From a virus (Duplodnaviria > Caudoviricetes): DNA of 48,786 bases. How positions within the stretch are numbered: the stretch's first letter is position 1; every line of letters begins with the position of its first letter. The position numbers were made by a program, and so were the translations under genes. The stretch covers positions 1 through 48,786 of IMG/VR virus record IMGVR_UViG_3300022719_000026; one strand, 5' to 3'. Positions 25,631 through 34,619 of the stretch are shown here, one piece after another. The notes under the pieces were generated by a model. That model saw nothing but the letters and a program-made list of their open reading frames with translations. It had not been told where the DNA came from and did no database searches.

Positions 25631-27382
25631 GTGAGCAAGCGACAGCAGCGGCTTGAGCAGCAGCTCGCGGACGCGGTGTCAGAGACGTACGCGGATGCGC
25701 TGGCGTTCGTCATGCTGGCGTTCCCGTGGGACTCGGACCCGGCGATTCAGGTGGTGGACTGGGAGAGCGAGGACATCCTCGTCGACCCGGTCACGGGGTT
25801 CTGCTACGACCGGGACGACGAGCCGAGGGACGACAGGAAGCTCGTCACCTACCGCGAGTGGATGGCCCCCTACCGCAAGCGGTTCAACAGCAGGTACGGG
25901 CCGGACCGATGGGCGTGCGAGGCCCTCGATGCCATCTCAAAGGACGTTCGCGAGCGCAAGTTCGACGGCAAGCGCTCGGTGGCGGCGATTCAGGCGGCGA
26001 CGGCCTCGGGGCACGGGATCGGCAAGTCGGTGTTGGTGGCGTGGCTCATCCTCTGGATCATGAGCACGCGCCCGTGGGCGAAGGGGACGGTCACCGCGAA
26101 CACGTCGGAGCAGCTGCGCACGAAGACGTGGGCGGAACTCGGCAAGTGGCACCGGCGCTGCATCACGGGCCACTGGTTCCTCTACAACTCGGGGCGCGGC
26201 AGCATGAGCCTGCGCCACAAGGACCACGGCAACGAGTGGTACTGCACGGCTCAGACGTGCCGCGAGGAGAACAGCGAGGCGTTCGCGGGGCAGCACGCAG
26301 CCAACTCGACCTCCTTCTACATCTTCGACGAGGGGAGCGGCGTCCCGAACAAGATATACGAGGTGCGCGAGGGCGGCACGACGGACGGCGAGCCGATGGT
26401 CTTCGACTTCGGCAACCCGACCCGGAACAGCGGGCGCTTCTTCGAGGAGTGCGAGGGGAAGCTGAGGCACCGCTTCCGCGTGATGCAGATCGACAGCCGC
26501 ACCGTCGTGATCACCAACAAGAAGCGCATACGCGAATGGATCGAGGACTTCGGCGAGGACAGTGACTTCGTTCGTGTGCGCGTGAGGGGTGAGTTCCCCT
26601 CGCAGGGCAGCCTCCAGTTCATTTCGTCCAGCTGGGTGCGCCGGGCCATGATCCGCCCGACTCCGCCCGAGGACAGGTACGCGCCGGTGAAGATCGGGGT
26701 GGACGTGGCCCGCTTCGGAGACGACAACTCCGTCATCTACCCGGTGGTGGGTGACGACGCGCGCTCGTTCGCCCCGAAGCTGCATGACGGGATCTGGCAC
26801 GGTCTCGACACGGTGGCCCTCGCGAACAAGGTCATCGATAAGATTGAGTTCTTCCGGCGCATGGGGTGCGAGCCCAGCGTCTTCGTTGACGTGACGGGGA
26901 TCGGCGCGGGCGTGTGCGACGTGCTGAGGGACGCGGGGTACCCGGTGACCGAGGTGAACTTCGGCACGACGCCGGTGTTCGAGCCCGAGCGCTACCGCTT
27001 CCGTAGCGACGAGATGTGGGGGCGGATGAAGGAGGCCGTCAAGACGCGCCTCGTCCTTCCGCCCATACCGGAGCTGCGGCTCGTGAGCGACGACTACGGG
27101 CAGGTGAGCATCGAGGACGAGGACGGGAGAAGCTGCGCGAACCGCCTGTTCTCCGACTTGACCCAGCGCGAGTTCGGCTATACTATCCAGGGCGCCAAGG
27201 TGCACCTTGAGACGAAGAAGGACATGAAGTCGAGGGGGGTGGACTCGCCGGACGTAGCGGATGCGCTGGCGCTCGCGCACGCTCAGGACGTGGCGAGGGC
27301 GGCTCAGCCTCACGGGGCGCAGGGGCGCCCGCTCGTGACGGAGCATGACTTCGACCCCACTGCCGGCGTCAGCGTCGCGTAG
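25631..27382 (+). CDS. terL: Terminase large subunit
   Basis: Walker A SGHGIGKS, Walker B IFDEGS, GNPTR, nuclease GVDVARFGDD, SPDVADALA. Confidence 0.93.
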   Translation: MSKRQQRLEQQLADAVSETYADALAFVMLAFPWDSDPAIQVVDWESEDILVDPVTGFCYDRDDEPRDDRKLVTYREWMAPYRKRFNSRYGPDRWACEALDAISKDVRERKFDGKRSVAAIQAATASGHGIGKSVLVAWLILWIMSTRPWAKGTVTANTSEQLRTKTWAELGKWHRRCITGHWFLYNSGRGSMSLRHKDHGNEWYCTAQTCREENSEAFAGQHAANSTSFYIFDEGSGVPNKIYEVREGGTTDGEPMVFDFGNPTRNSGRFFEECEGKLRHRFRVMQIDSRTVVITNKKRIREWIEDFGEDSDFVRVRVRGEFPSQGSLQFISSSWVRRAMIRPTPPEDRYAPVKIGVDVARFGDDNSVIYPVVGDDARSFAPKLHDGIWHGLDTVALANKVIDKIEFFRRMGCEPSVFVDVTGIGAGVCDVLRDAGYPVTEVNFGTTPVFEPERYRFRSDEMWGRMKEAVKTRLVLPPIPELRLVSDDYGQVSIEDEDGRSCANRLFSDLTQREFGYTIQGAKVHLETKKDMKSRGVDSPDVADALALAHAQDVARAAQPHGAQGRPLVTEHDFDPTAGVSVA

Positions 27383-27394
27383 GAGGAACAGCCA

Positions 27395-27610
27395 GTGTGT
27401 CTCCCGAGCAGCTCGTCGTCCACTCCGCCGCCCCCTCCGCCTCTCGAGAGGCCGGAGCCGGCTCCGAAGCGCACCGACCAGGGCGTGAAGCGCGCCCGCA
27501 CGACTCAGAGACAGGTCGCGGCCGCCGCGCAGGGAAGGTCTTCGACCATCCTCGGCGGGCAGATTTCCGAGCCTGCTCGCACGACGCGAAAGACGCTCCT
27601 CGGCGCCTAG
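27395..27610 (+). CDS. Small Pro-rich protein preceding the portal gene
   Basis: RBS aggagg; GRSSTIL...KTLLG ending is typical of pre-portal genes in this phage type. Confidence 0.65.
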   Translation: MCLPSSSSSTPPPPPPLERPEPAPKRTDQGVKRARTTQRQVAAAAQGRSSTILGGQISEPARTTRKTLLGA

Positions 27611-27640
27611 TCGGGTATCACGTGATACCCCGGAGGTTGG

Positions 27641-29359
27641 ATGGCACGTCGTAGACGACGCAGCGAGGAGCCGAGCGGGTCCGATCTCACTCGCGACCGA
27701 GACTACCTCGACAAGAGGTGGAACGGGCTCGACACCGAGTACAGCAGCTTCCGAGACCACCACCGGGAGCTGGCGGAGTTCATCGAGCCCCGTCGCGGGC
27801 GCTGGTTCGTCACCGACCGCAACAAAGGCGACAAGCGGTGGAAGGTGATCCTGAACAACCGCGCCACCATCCAGCTGCGGCGCTCGGCCGCGGGCATGCT
27901 GGCCGGGTTCATGTCTCCGTCGCGCCCGTGGTTCGGCTGGCGCATGCGCGACGACGACCTCATGCGCAGGCACGAGGTCAAAGTGTGGCTGGAGCTGTAC
28001 CGCAAGGTCATCCTCGACATCTTCAACAGCTCCAACCTCTACAACATGGCGAGCGGCATGATCAAGGAGCTGCTGCTGTTTGGCACCGCCTGCATGACGC
28101 ACGAGGATGACTTCGACGACGTGGCCCGCTTTTACACGCACACGTGCGGGAGCTATCGGATTGGGCTGAATTCGAAGTTGCAGGTGGGAACGCTCGCCCG
28201 CGAGTTCCAGTTGACGGTGTATCAGCTCGTGCAGCGGTTCGGGCTGGAGAACGTCAGCCCGGACGTGCGCAGCGACTGGGACCGGGGCAACTACAACAAC
28301 TGGAAGGACGTTCGCCACCTGATCGAGATGAATCCGTTTCGGGACGACACCGAGGCGCGGCTATCGGCGGAGTTCCTTCCGTTCAGGTCGGTGTACTGGC
28401 AGCCGAAGGGCGACAAGTCCAGCTTCCTGAGACGGTCGGGGCACAAGGGCTTCCCAGCGTACGTTCCCAGGTGGGAGGTCACCGGAGAGGACGTGTGGGC
28501 GACGAACTGCCCCGGCATGACCATCCTCGGGGACGTGAAGCAGCTCCAGACGCAGGAGCGCGAGCTGGGCAAGATGCAGGCGAAGGCCGGGGCGCCCCCG
28601 CTTCAGGGGCCTCCGTCGTTCCAGAACCGGCCCATCTCGAACCTGCCGGGCGGCGTGACGATCGGCACGACATCGAACGCGAAGCTGGAGCCGGTGTATC
28701 AGGTCGACCCGCACGAACAGGGTATGCAGCTCGGGATCGAGAAGACCGAGCGGCGCATCGACTCGGGCCTCTACACCGACCTGTTCATGGCCATCACTGA
28801 GATGGAGGGGATCCAGCCGAAGAACCAGCTCCAGCTCAGCCAGATCAACGAGGAGCGCCTGCTCATGCTGGGGCCGGCGCTGGAGCAGGTACACAGCGAG
28901 TGGCTGGCCCGCATGGTCTCGCGCACCGGACAGCAGGTGCTGGAGGCCGACATCATGCCTCCCGCGCCCGAGGAGCTGGAGGGGCGAGAGCTGGAGGTCG
29001 AGTTCGTGAGCGCGCTCGCGATGGCGCAGAGGGCGGTCGCGACGAGCGCTATCGAGCGCGTCGTCTTTTTCGCCGGCACCCTCGTCGAGGGCGGGCTGGA
29101 TGTGACCGACAAGATCGACGCGGACTTCGCGGTAGACGAGTACGCTCACCTCGTCGGGGCGCCGCCGAAGCTGATCGTGCCGACTGAGCAGGCGCGAGCG
29201 CAGCGCGAGCAGAAGATGCAGGCGCGCCGGATGCAGGAGATGCTGGCGCAGGGTCAGGACGCGGCGAATATCGCGAAGATGACGAGCGACTCGAAGCTGA
29301 GCGACGACAACGTGCTGTCGAGAGCGACGGGAGGCCCGAGTGGCGAGGAGACGGCGTGA
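27641..29359 (+). CDS. Portal (head-tail connector), T7/BPP-1-like
   Basis: SPSRPWF, LLLFGTAC, PRW, GDVKQLQ, EERLLMLGP, VEFVSALAMAQ; position after TerL. Confidence 0.9.
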   Translation: MARRRRRSEEPSGSDLTRDRDYLDKRWNGLDTEYSSFRDHHRELAEFIEPRRGRWFVTDRNKGDKRWKVILNNRATIQLRRSAAGMLAGFMSPSRPWFGWRMRDDDLMRRHEVKVWLELYRKVILDIFNSSNLYNMASGMIKELLLFGTACMTHEDDFDDVARFYTHTCGSYRIGLNSKLQVGTLAREFQLTVYQLVQRFGLENVSPDVRSDWDRGNYNNWKDVRHLIEMNPFRDDTEARLSAEFLPFRSVYWQPKGDKSSFLRRSGHKGFPAYVPRWEVTGEDVWATNCPGMTILGDVKQLQTQERELGKMQAKAGAPPLQGPPSFQNRPISNLPGGVTIGTTSNAKLEPVYQVDPHEQGMQLGIEKTERRIDSGLYTDLFMAITEMEGIQPKNQLQLSQINEERLLMLGPALEQVHSEWLARMVSRTGQQVLEADIMPPAPEELEGRELEVEFVSALAMAQRAVATSAIERVVFFAGTLVEGGLDVTDKIDADFAVDEYAHLVGAPPKLIVPTEQARAQREQKMQARRMQEMLAQGQDAANIAKMTSDSKLSDDNVLSRATGGPSGEETA

Positions 29360-29729
29360 CGAGGAGGTATCACGTGATACCCCGTGGGATGAGGACGCGG
29401 CTGCGGACGCGCGCGAGCAGGAGCGCTACAATCTTCGCGTGCAGGTCGAGCAGGAGATCCTCAAGAAGGTGCTGGAGACGTGGGAGGGCAGGCGCGTGCT
29501 CTACCGCATCCTCGCTCGGGGCGACATCTACCAGATGGAGGGTATGCCCTTCGAGAGCGAGCGCGCTCAGCGCAAGATCGGGCGGCAGCAGATGGCAGTA
29601 GAGGTGCTGAGCGAGCTGTTGCAGGTCGATCCCGAGGTGTATATACTCATGCAGCGCGAGGGTAGCAAGTTCGAGCACGAGTTCGCGATCAGAGCGGCCA
29701 ACGAGCTGGGAGATGAAGATGGCGGGTGA
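29340..29729 (+). CDS. Bbp19-like hypothetical protein
   Basis: EGRRVLYRIL...GRQQ motif; position between portal and scaffold; palindrome in frame near the N-terminus. Confidence 0.65.
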   Translation: MARRRRDEEVSRDTPWDEDAAADAREQERYNLRVQVEQEILKKVLETWEGRRVLYRILARGDIYQMEGMPFESERAQRKIGRQQMAVEVLSELLQVDPEVYILMQREGSKFEHEFAIRAANELGDEDGG

Positions 29730-30357
29730 GAACGAGACGAAGCCGGCCGACGAGACGAAGCCGGCCGACGAGACGAAGCCGGCCGACGAGACGAAGCCGG
29801 CCGACGAGACGAAGCCGGCCGACGAGACGAAGCCGGAAGGGGACGACGACAAGCCCACCGGCGCCCCCGAGACGTACGAGGACTTCAAGGTCCCCGAGGG
29901 CATGGAGATCAACGAGAGCCACCTCGGCTCCCTGCAAGAGTTCGGGAAGAAGCACGACCTCTCGCAGGAGGCAGCCCAGGAGGCCGTCGATCTCGCCTCG
30001 GAGGTCGTACAGAGCGTCCTCGACGCGCAGCAGCAGCAGTGGGCGACAGTGAAGGAGGGATGGGAGAAGGAGATCGCCGGCATCAAGGGGCTTCAGGACG
30101 AAAGCGGCAAGGTCGACGCGGCGCTCGCGATGAGCGTCAAGGCGGTCGAGCAGCTTGGTGAGGCTGCCCTCGGGAAGGGCGGCGGAGAGAAGCTCAAGGC
30201 GGCGATGGACGAGACCGGGATGGGGTCCCACCCCGCGTTCGTTCAGGTCTTCCACTTCCTCGGGAAGAAGATGGCGGAGGACAGCCTCGTGGTGGGGGGA
30301 ACGGCGGTCGAGGACCGCAACCCCGCGAGGAGCCTCTACCCGACGATGAACAAGTAG
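29713..30357 (+). CDS. Capsid scaffolding/assembly protein
   Basis: ETKPAD repeats (18-bp unit, 29734-29835), PETYEDF, LSQEAAQ, GMGSHP, ends LYP; precedes the capsid gene. Confidence 0.8.
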   Translation: MKMAGENETKPADETKPADETKPADETKPADETKPADETKPEGDDDKPTGAPETYEDFKVPEGMEINESHLGSLQEFGKKHDLSQEAAQEAVDLASEVVQSVLDAQQQQWATVKEGWEKEIAGIKGLQDESGKVDAALAMSVKAVEQLGEAALGKGGGEKLKAAMDETGMGSHPAFVQVFHFLGKKMAEDSLVVGGTAVEDRNPARSLYPTMNK

Positions 30358-30399
30358 GGGTAGGCGCCCAGCGCGACCCCGGAACAGGAGACGACAGAC

Positions 30400-31413
30400 A
30401 TGTCCGAGCTGACCACCGGCAACCCGACGCTGCTCGACCTCGCGTCGCGCAGCGATCCGAACGGGAACATCCAGGTGGTCGTCGAGGTTCTCGATCAGGT
30501 AAACGAGATTTTCGACGACATCACCTTCGTGGAGGGCAACCTCCCCACGGGCCACCGCACCAGCGTCCGCTCGGGCATCCCGACGCCGACGTGGCGCAAG
30601 CTCTACGGCGGCGTCCAGCCGACCAAGAGCCGGACCACGCAGGTCACGGACTCGACCGGCATGCTGGAGGCGTACGCCGAGGTCGACATCGCGTTGGCCG
30701 ACCTAAACGGCAACACCGCCGCGTTCCGCATGTCGGAGGACATCCCGCACCTGGAGGGGATCTCGCAGGAGTTCACCGACACCCTCATCTACGGGAACGA
30801 GACCACGGAGCCCGAGGCGTTCACCGGCTTCGCTCCGCGCTTCAACGACCTGTCGGCGGAGAACGCGGACAACATCATCGACGCTGGGGGCACCGGCTCC
30901 GACAACGCTTCGATCTGGCTCGTCGGCTGGAGCCCGAACACCTGTCACGGCATCGTGCCGCAGGGCTCGACGGCCGGCATCCGTCAGGAGGACAAGGGAC
31001 AGGTGACGATCGAGGACGTCGACGGCAGCGGCGGTCGCATGGAGGCGTACCGGACGTGGTACCGGATGGATGCGGGCCTCACCGTCCGCGACTGGCGCTA
31101 CGTCGTGCGCATCTGCAACATCGACAAGTCGCTGCTGTCGACGGTCTACACGGCCGGCGCCTTCAGCACCGGCGCGCATCTGTCGGAGCTGATGTTCCAG
31201 GCGATGGAGCTGATCCCGAACCTGTCGAGCGCGCGGTTCGCGTTCTACATGAGCCGGACCATCCGCACGAAGGTCCGCCAGCAGGTCGCCGCCGCCGTGC
31301 AGGGCTCGACGCTGGAGTCCGAGATGGTCGGGGGCAAGCTCGTGGAGCGCTTCCACGGGATCCCGCTGCGCAGATGCGACGCGCTCGCCGCAGACGAGGC
31401 CCGGGTGACCTAA
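30400..31413 (+). CDS. Major capsid protein (HK97 fold; epsilon15 gp7/BPP-1-like)
   Basis: PTLLDLA, EGNLPTGH...RSGIP..TWR.L..GVQP, RDWRYVVRICNID, FHGIPLRRCDAL. Confidence 0.9.
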   Translation: MSELTTGNPTLLDLASRSDPNGNIQVVVEVLDQVNEIFDDITFVEGNLPTGHRTSVRSGIPTPTWRKLYGGVQPTKSRTTQVTDSTGMLEAYAEVDIALADLNGNTAAFRMSEDIPHLEGISQEFTDTLIYGNETTEPEAFTGFAPRFNDLSAENADNIIDAGGTGSDNASIWLVGWSPNTCHGIVPQGSTAGIRQEDKGQVTIEDVDGSGGRMEAYRTWYRMDAGLTVRDWRYVVRICNIDKSLLSTVYTAGAFSTGAHLSELMFQAMELIPNLSSARFAFYMSRTIRTKVRQQVAAAVQGSTLESEMVGGKLVERFHGIPLRRCDALAADEARVT

Positions 31414-31485
31414 CCCGGCGACCGACGGCGCCGGGTATCACGTGATACCCGGCGTCCGCTACCGAACAGCAGAGGAGCAACGCTC

Positions 31486-31965
31486 ATGTGGATCGACAGC
31501 AGACTGGAGTTCTGCGACTCGGTGTCCGTCGCCGAGACCGCGGGAACCTACCTCAAGGGAGACGTGATCAACACGCAGGAGATCGGCAAGGACCTCGGCA
31601 ATCCCGGGGGTCTCCCGCTCTACCTCGTGATCCAGTGCACGACCTCCATCATCACCGGCGGCAGCGCCGGCACCATCCAGTTCAAGCTCGCGAGCGACGC
31701 CTCGGCGTCCATCGACACCGCCGGCAACGCGACCGAGCACTGGGTGTCCAAGGCGTTCGTCACCGACGGCGACGACGCCAACGACATCGACGCCGGGGCG
31801 ATCATCGCCAAGGTGCCGCTGCCGATGGAGTCGCTGGTCACGTACGAGCAGTACCTCGGCATCCTCGTGGTGGTGGCCACGGAGACCGTGACGGCCGGCG
31901 CCATCGACGCCTTCCTCACGATCCAGCCGCCCGCGTGGAAGTCCCTCGCGGACGCCGTCAACTAG
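31486..31965 (+). CDS. Bbp16-like capsid cement/decoration protein
   Basis: MWIDSRLEF, DVI..DLG, LYLVIQ, QYLG, TAGAIDAFLT; follows the capsid gene. Confidence 0.7.
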   Translation: MWIDSRLEFCDSVSVAETAGTYLKGDVINTQEIGKDLGNPGGLPLYLVIQCTTSIITGGSAGTIQFKLASDASASIDTAGNATEHWVSKAFVTDGDDANDIDAGAIIAKVPLPMESLVTYEQYLGILVVVATETVTAGAIDAFLTIQPPAWKSLADAVN

Positions 31966-31974
31966 CACGCTGAC

Positions 31975-32002
31975 GACGCCGGCCCCGCTCGGGGCCGGCG
32001 TC
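31975..32002 (+). terminator. Stem-loop after the capsid/cement genes
   Basis: gacgccggcccc-gctc-ggggccggcgtc. Confidence 0.55.
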
Positions 32003-32021
32003 TGAGGCGGGAGGTAGAGAC

Positions 32022-32882
32022 ATGGCCGTACTGGCAGACGTAGGAGACGCGGTACAGCTGGAGGTCCCGCTCAAGGGGACCAACATCGACGTGGCGCTCT
32101 CCGGGACGTACAACATGGTGGTGGCGCTCCAGCGCGAGAAGGGCTCGAAGGGATCGGGCGCGTGGGAGACCATCAAGACCTACTCGACCGAGGACGCCAC
32201 CGTCTCGGATGTGTACAGCACCAAGAGCGACGGCGAGCACCTTCAGCTCGCCGTGACGGAGGACACGAGCGGCACCATAACGGCCACGCTCACCGACAAC
32301 CACAACCGCGACGTGCGCAAGATCGAGACGCGGGACGGGACGGTGGTCGCGGAGTTCCGCGAGGAGGACGTGCGGCTCTACCAGAGCGGAACGCTGGCCC
32401 TCACGATCGACTCGAACGGGATCTCCGTGGTCGGCGGCGTGCGTCAGACGGGTGGCGCGGTGCTGGTGACGGCGAACACGACGCTGACGGTGGCGGAGCA
32501 CGCCGGAAGGCCCATCGTGTTCAACGATGCGGACGGTGCGACGCTCACCCTTCCGGCAGCCGCCGGAACCGGGGCGGTGTTCCACTTCATCGTCGCGGTC
32601 ACGGTCACGAGCAACAACGACATCATTCAGGTCGCCAACGCAACGGACGAGTTCCGCGGCAACCTGCTCCAGGTCGACACCGACACGAGCGACGCGCTCG
32701 CCGCGTACCCGGCGCTCGACGGGGACGGCTTCGACACCATCACGCTCAACGGCTCGACCAAGGGAGGTCTCATCGGGGACTGGATCGAGGTGGTGGACGT
32801 GGCCGCGGGCCACTGGGCTCTGCGCGGGTGCGTGCTCGGGACCGGCTCGGTCGCCTCGCCGCTCAGCGCGGCGGTGTCGTAG
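32022..32882 (+). CDS. Putative virion structural (head fibre/decoration) protein
   Basis: Thr/Val/Gly-rich; TLTLPAAAGTG motif; lies in the head module. Confidence 0.6.
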   Translation: MAVLADVGDAVQLEVPLKGTNIDVALSGTYNMVVALQREKGSKGSGAWETIKTYSTEDATVSDVYSTKSDGEHLQLAVTEDTSGTITATLTDNHNRDVRKIETRDGTVVAEFREEDVRLYQSGTLALTIDSNGISVVGGVRQTGGAVLVTANTTLTVAEHAGRPIVFNDADGATLTLPAAAGTGAVFHFIVAVTVTSNNDIIQVANATDEFRGNLLQVDTDTSDALAAYPALDGDGFDTITLNGSTKGGLIGDWIEVVDVAAGHWALRGCVLGTGSVASPLSAAVS

Positions 32883-32896
32883 CGCAGCTGACGGGA

Positions 32897-32921
32897 GTCG
32901 GGGGCCTCTCAGGCCCCCGAC
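32897..32921 (+). terminator. Stem-loop
   Basis: gtcgggggcct-ctc-aggcccccgac. Confidence 0.5.
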
Positions 32922-32938
32922 CCCGACGGAGGTGATCC

Positions 32939-33280
32939 ATGCCGAAGCTGACGAACATGAAGCTGTCGAAGGGGGAGCAGAAGGAATTGGCGAAGCCTTC
33001 CTTCGACGATGCACCCCGCTACCCGTGGGGGCTTCAGCTGCACCTTGGTGACGAGGACATCGGCAAGCTGGGGCTCGGCGAGAAGCTGCCCGGAGTGGGC
33101 GAGCGCATGACGCTGGTGGCCGACGTAAAGGTAACGAGCGTGGGCGAGAACGAGCGCGAGGGCGACGACAAGAATCAGAGCGTCGAACTCCAGATCACGG
33201 ACATGCTGCTGGAGGCCGGTGAGTCAGCCGACGAGAAGGCCAGCAAGCTGTACCCATCAACCGAGAGCCAGGAGAGCTGA
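32939..33280 (+). CDS. Capsid staple protein (epsilon15 gp10-like)
   Basis: NMK, YPWGL.L.L, LP.VG, VELQITD, LYP pattern recalled for epsilon15 gp10. Confidence 0.75.
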   Translation: MPKLTNMKLSKGEQKELAKPSFDDAPRYPWGLQLHLGDEDIGKLGLGEKLPGVGERMTLVADVKVTSVGENEREGDDKNQSVELQITDMLLEAGESADEKASKLYPSTESQES

Positions 33281-33281
33281 C

Positions 33282-33968
33282 ATGTCACACGAGCAGGTGC
33301 TACTGAAGCGCCCGTACAGAACCCCACTGGGGCGTTTTCAGAGGAGCGTCGACGGCGTGCCCGTGCCGATTCCGCAGAAGGTCATCAGACGCTACGGCCT
33401 TCCGTCGGACGCGGAGATCGTCGGCAAGGGCTACGTACCCCCGGACGCGCGCGACGACGCCAGCGAGGAGTCGGTCGCGCTGAGCGCCGCGCAGCAGGAG
33501 CAGGAGATCCATCGTCGCGCGCACGCCCTGGCCTCCGAGCTGGCGGCGCGGCAGCGCGGCGCGAGGGACGAGAAGCTCGCGAAGGCGGCCGAGTCCGCAG
33601 CAGCGAAGGAGGAGAACCCGGAGGACGAGGAGGCGCTGCTGCGGGCGCTGCTGGAGAAGCGAGGGCTGTCCGTCGAGGACCTGACGGCACCGGGAGGTAC
33701 GATCGATCCGAAGCCCGAGGAGGTGGCGGAGGCCACGGTCGACCCGAAGCCCCCGGGCGAGGAGGAGGTCGACTACGGCATCCTCGACGCCAACGTGCCG
33801 GAGATCCCCGACCGACTGAAGGGCCTCACGCGGCACCAGCTGGAGCTGCTCAAGCTCGCGGAGGAGCGCGGTCGCAAGCAGCGCAAGGGCGTGCTCATCG
33901 CCATCGAGGCGGCGATGGACGATCTCGGGGACGCGCAGCCGGTCGGGGCCGACGAGGAGAACGAGTAG
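33282..33968 (+). CDS. Acidic hypothetical protein
   Basis: RBS aggag plus ATG at 33282. Confidence 0.65.
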   Translation: MSHEQVLLKRPYRTPLGRFQRSVDGVPVPIPQKVIRRYGLPSDAEIVGKGYVPPDARDDASEESVALSAAQQEQEIHRRAHALASELAARQRGARDEKLAKAAESAAAKEENPEDEEALLRALLEKRGLSVEDLTAPGGTIDPKPEEVAEATVDPKPPGEEEVDYGILDANVPEIPDRLKGLTRHQLELLKLAEERGRKQRKGVLIAIEAAMDDLGDAQPVGADEENE

Positions 33969-34009
33969 GGTATCACGTGATACCCGTCTAGCCCACGCGG
34001 GACAGAGCC

Positions 34010-34618
34010 ATGCCAACGGGATTCGACAACACGAAGATCGCGAACTTGGCTCTGTCCAACGTGGGCTCGAAGTCGCGTCTCACCACGCTGGGTAGCGACG
34101 GCACGACACCCGACAACATCTGCAACCTCTGGTTCGAGTCCGCTCGCATCGCTACCTTCGAGGTGTTCGACTGGAGCTTCGCTCGCTTCAGCGCCACTCT
34201 GACCGCGCACAGCGAGGACGCACCCGAGGAGAGGTGGGCGTACAGGTACGACTACCCGTCCGATTGCGTAGCGGCCCGTCGCATCGAGAACCCGCTGGGT
34301 GACGACGGGGATGCGGTGGCCTTCAGGGTCGAGAGGGCGCCCGACGACACGAAGTGCATCGTGACGGACCAGGAGGACGCCGTCCTCATCTACACGAAGG
34401 ACGTGACGGACCCCGCTGAATATCCGATGCACTTCACCCTGATGATGGGGATTCAGCTCGCGGTGTTCATATGCCCGGAGCTGACGGGGAAGATCGCCCG
34501 TCGGGACCGCCTCCAGCGAGACTTCAACATCATGCTCGCGCAGGCTCCGTACATCGATCAGAACGAGAGCGTCCCGAAGGAACCCCGCGACGCACCGTGG
34601 CACAGGGCTCGTAACTGA
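34010..34618 (+). CDS. Tail tubular protein A / adaptor (T7 gp11-like)
   Basis: IANLALSNVG, FDWSFA, WAYRYDYPSDC; position. Confidence 0.8.
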   Translation: MPTGFDNTKIANLALSNVGSKSRLTTLGSDGTTPDNICNLWFESARIATFEVFDWSFARFSATLTAHSEDAPEERWAYRYDYPSDCVAARRIENPLGDDGDAVAFRVERAPDDTKCIVTDQEDAVLIYTKDVTDPAEYPMHFTLMMGIQLAVFICPELTGKIARRDRLQRDFNIMLAQAPYIDQNESVPKEPRDAPWHRARN

Positions 34619-34619
34619 G

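Noticed and set aside
25937-28318. 793-aa minus-strand ORF and other long antisense ORFs (e.g. 13149..14393, 15646..16902, 38759..40234)
   Set aside because: Shadow frames of well-supported genes in high-GC DNA; no motifs
29734-29835. ETKPAD 18-bp tandem repeat (and EEKV repeat near 9110-9165) as novel elements
   Set aside because: Low-complexity linkers of this kind are common in scaffold and acidic phage proteins
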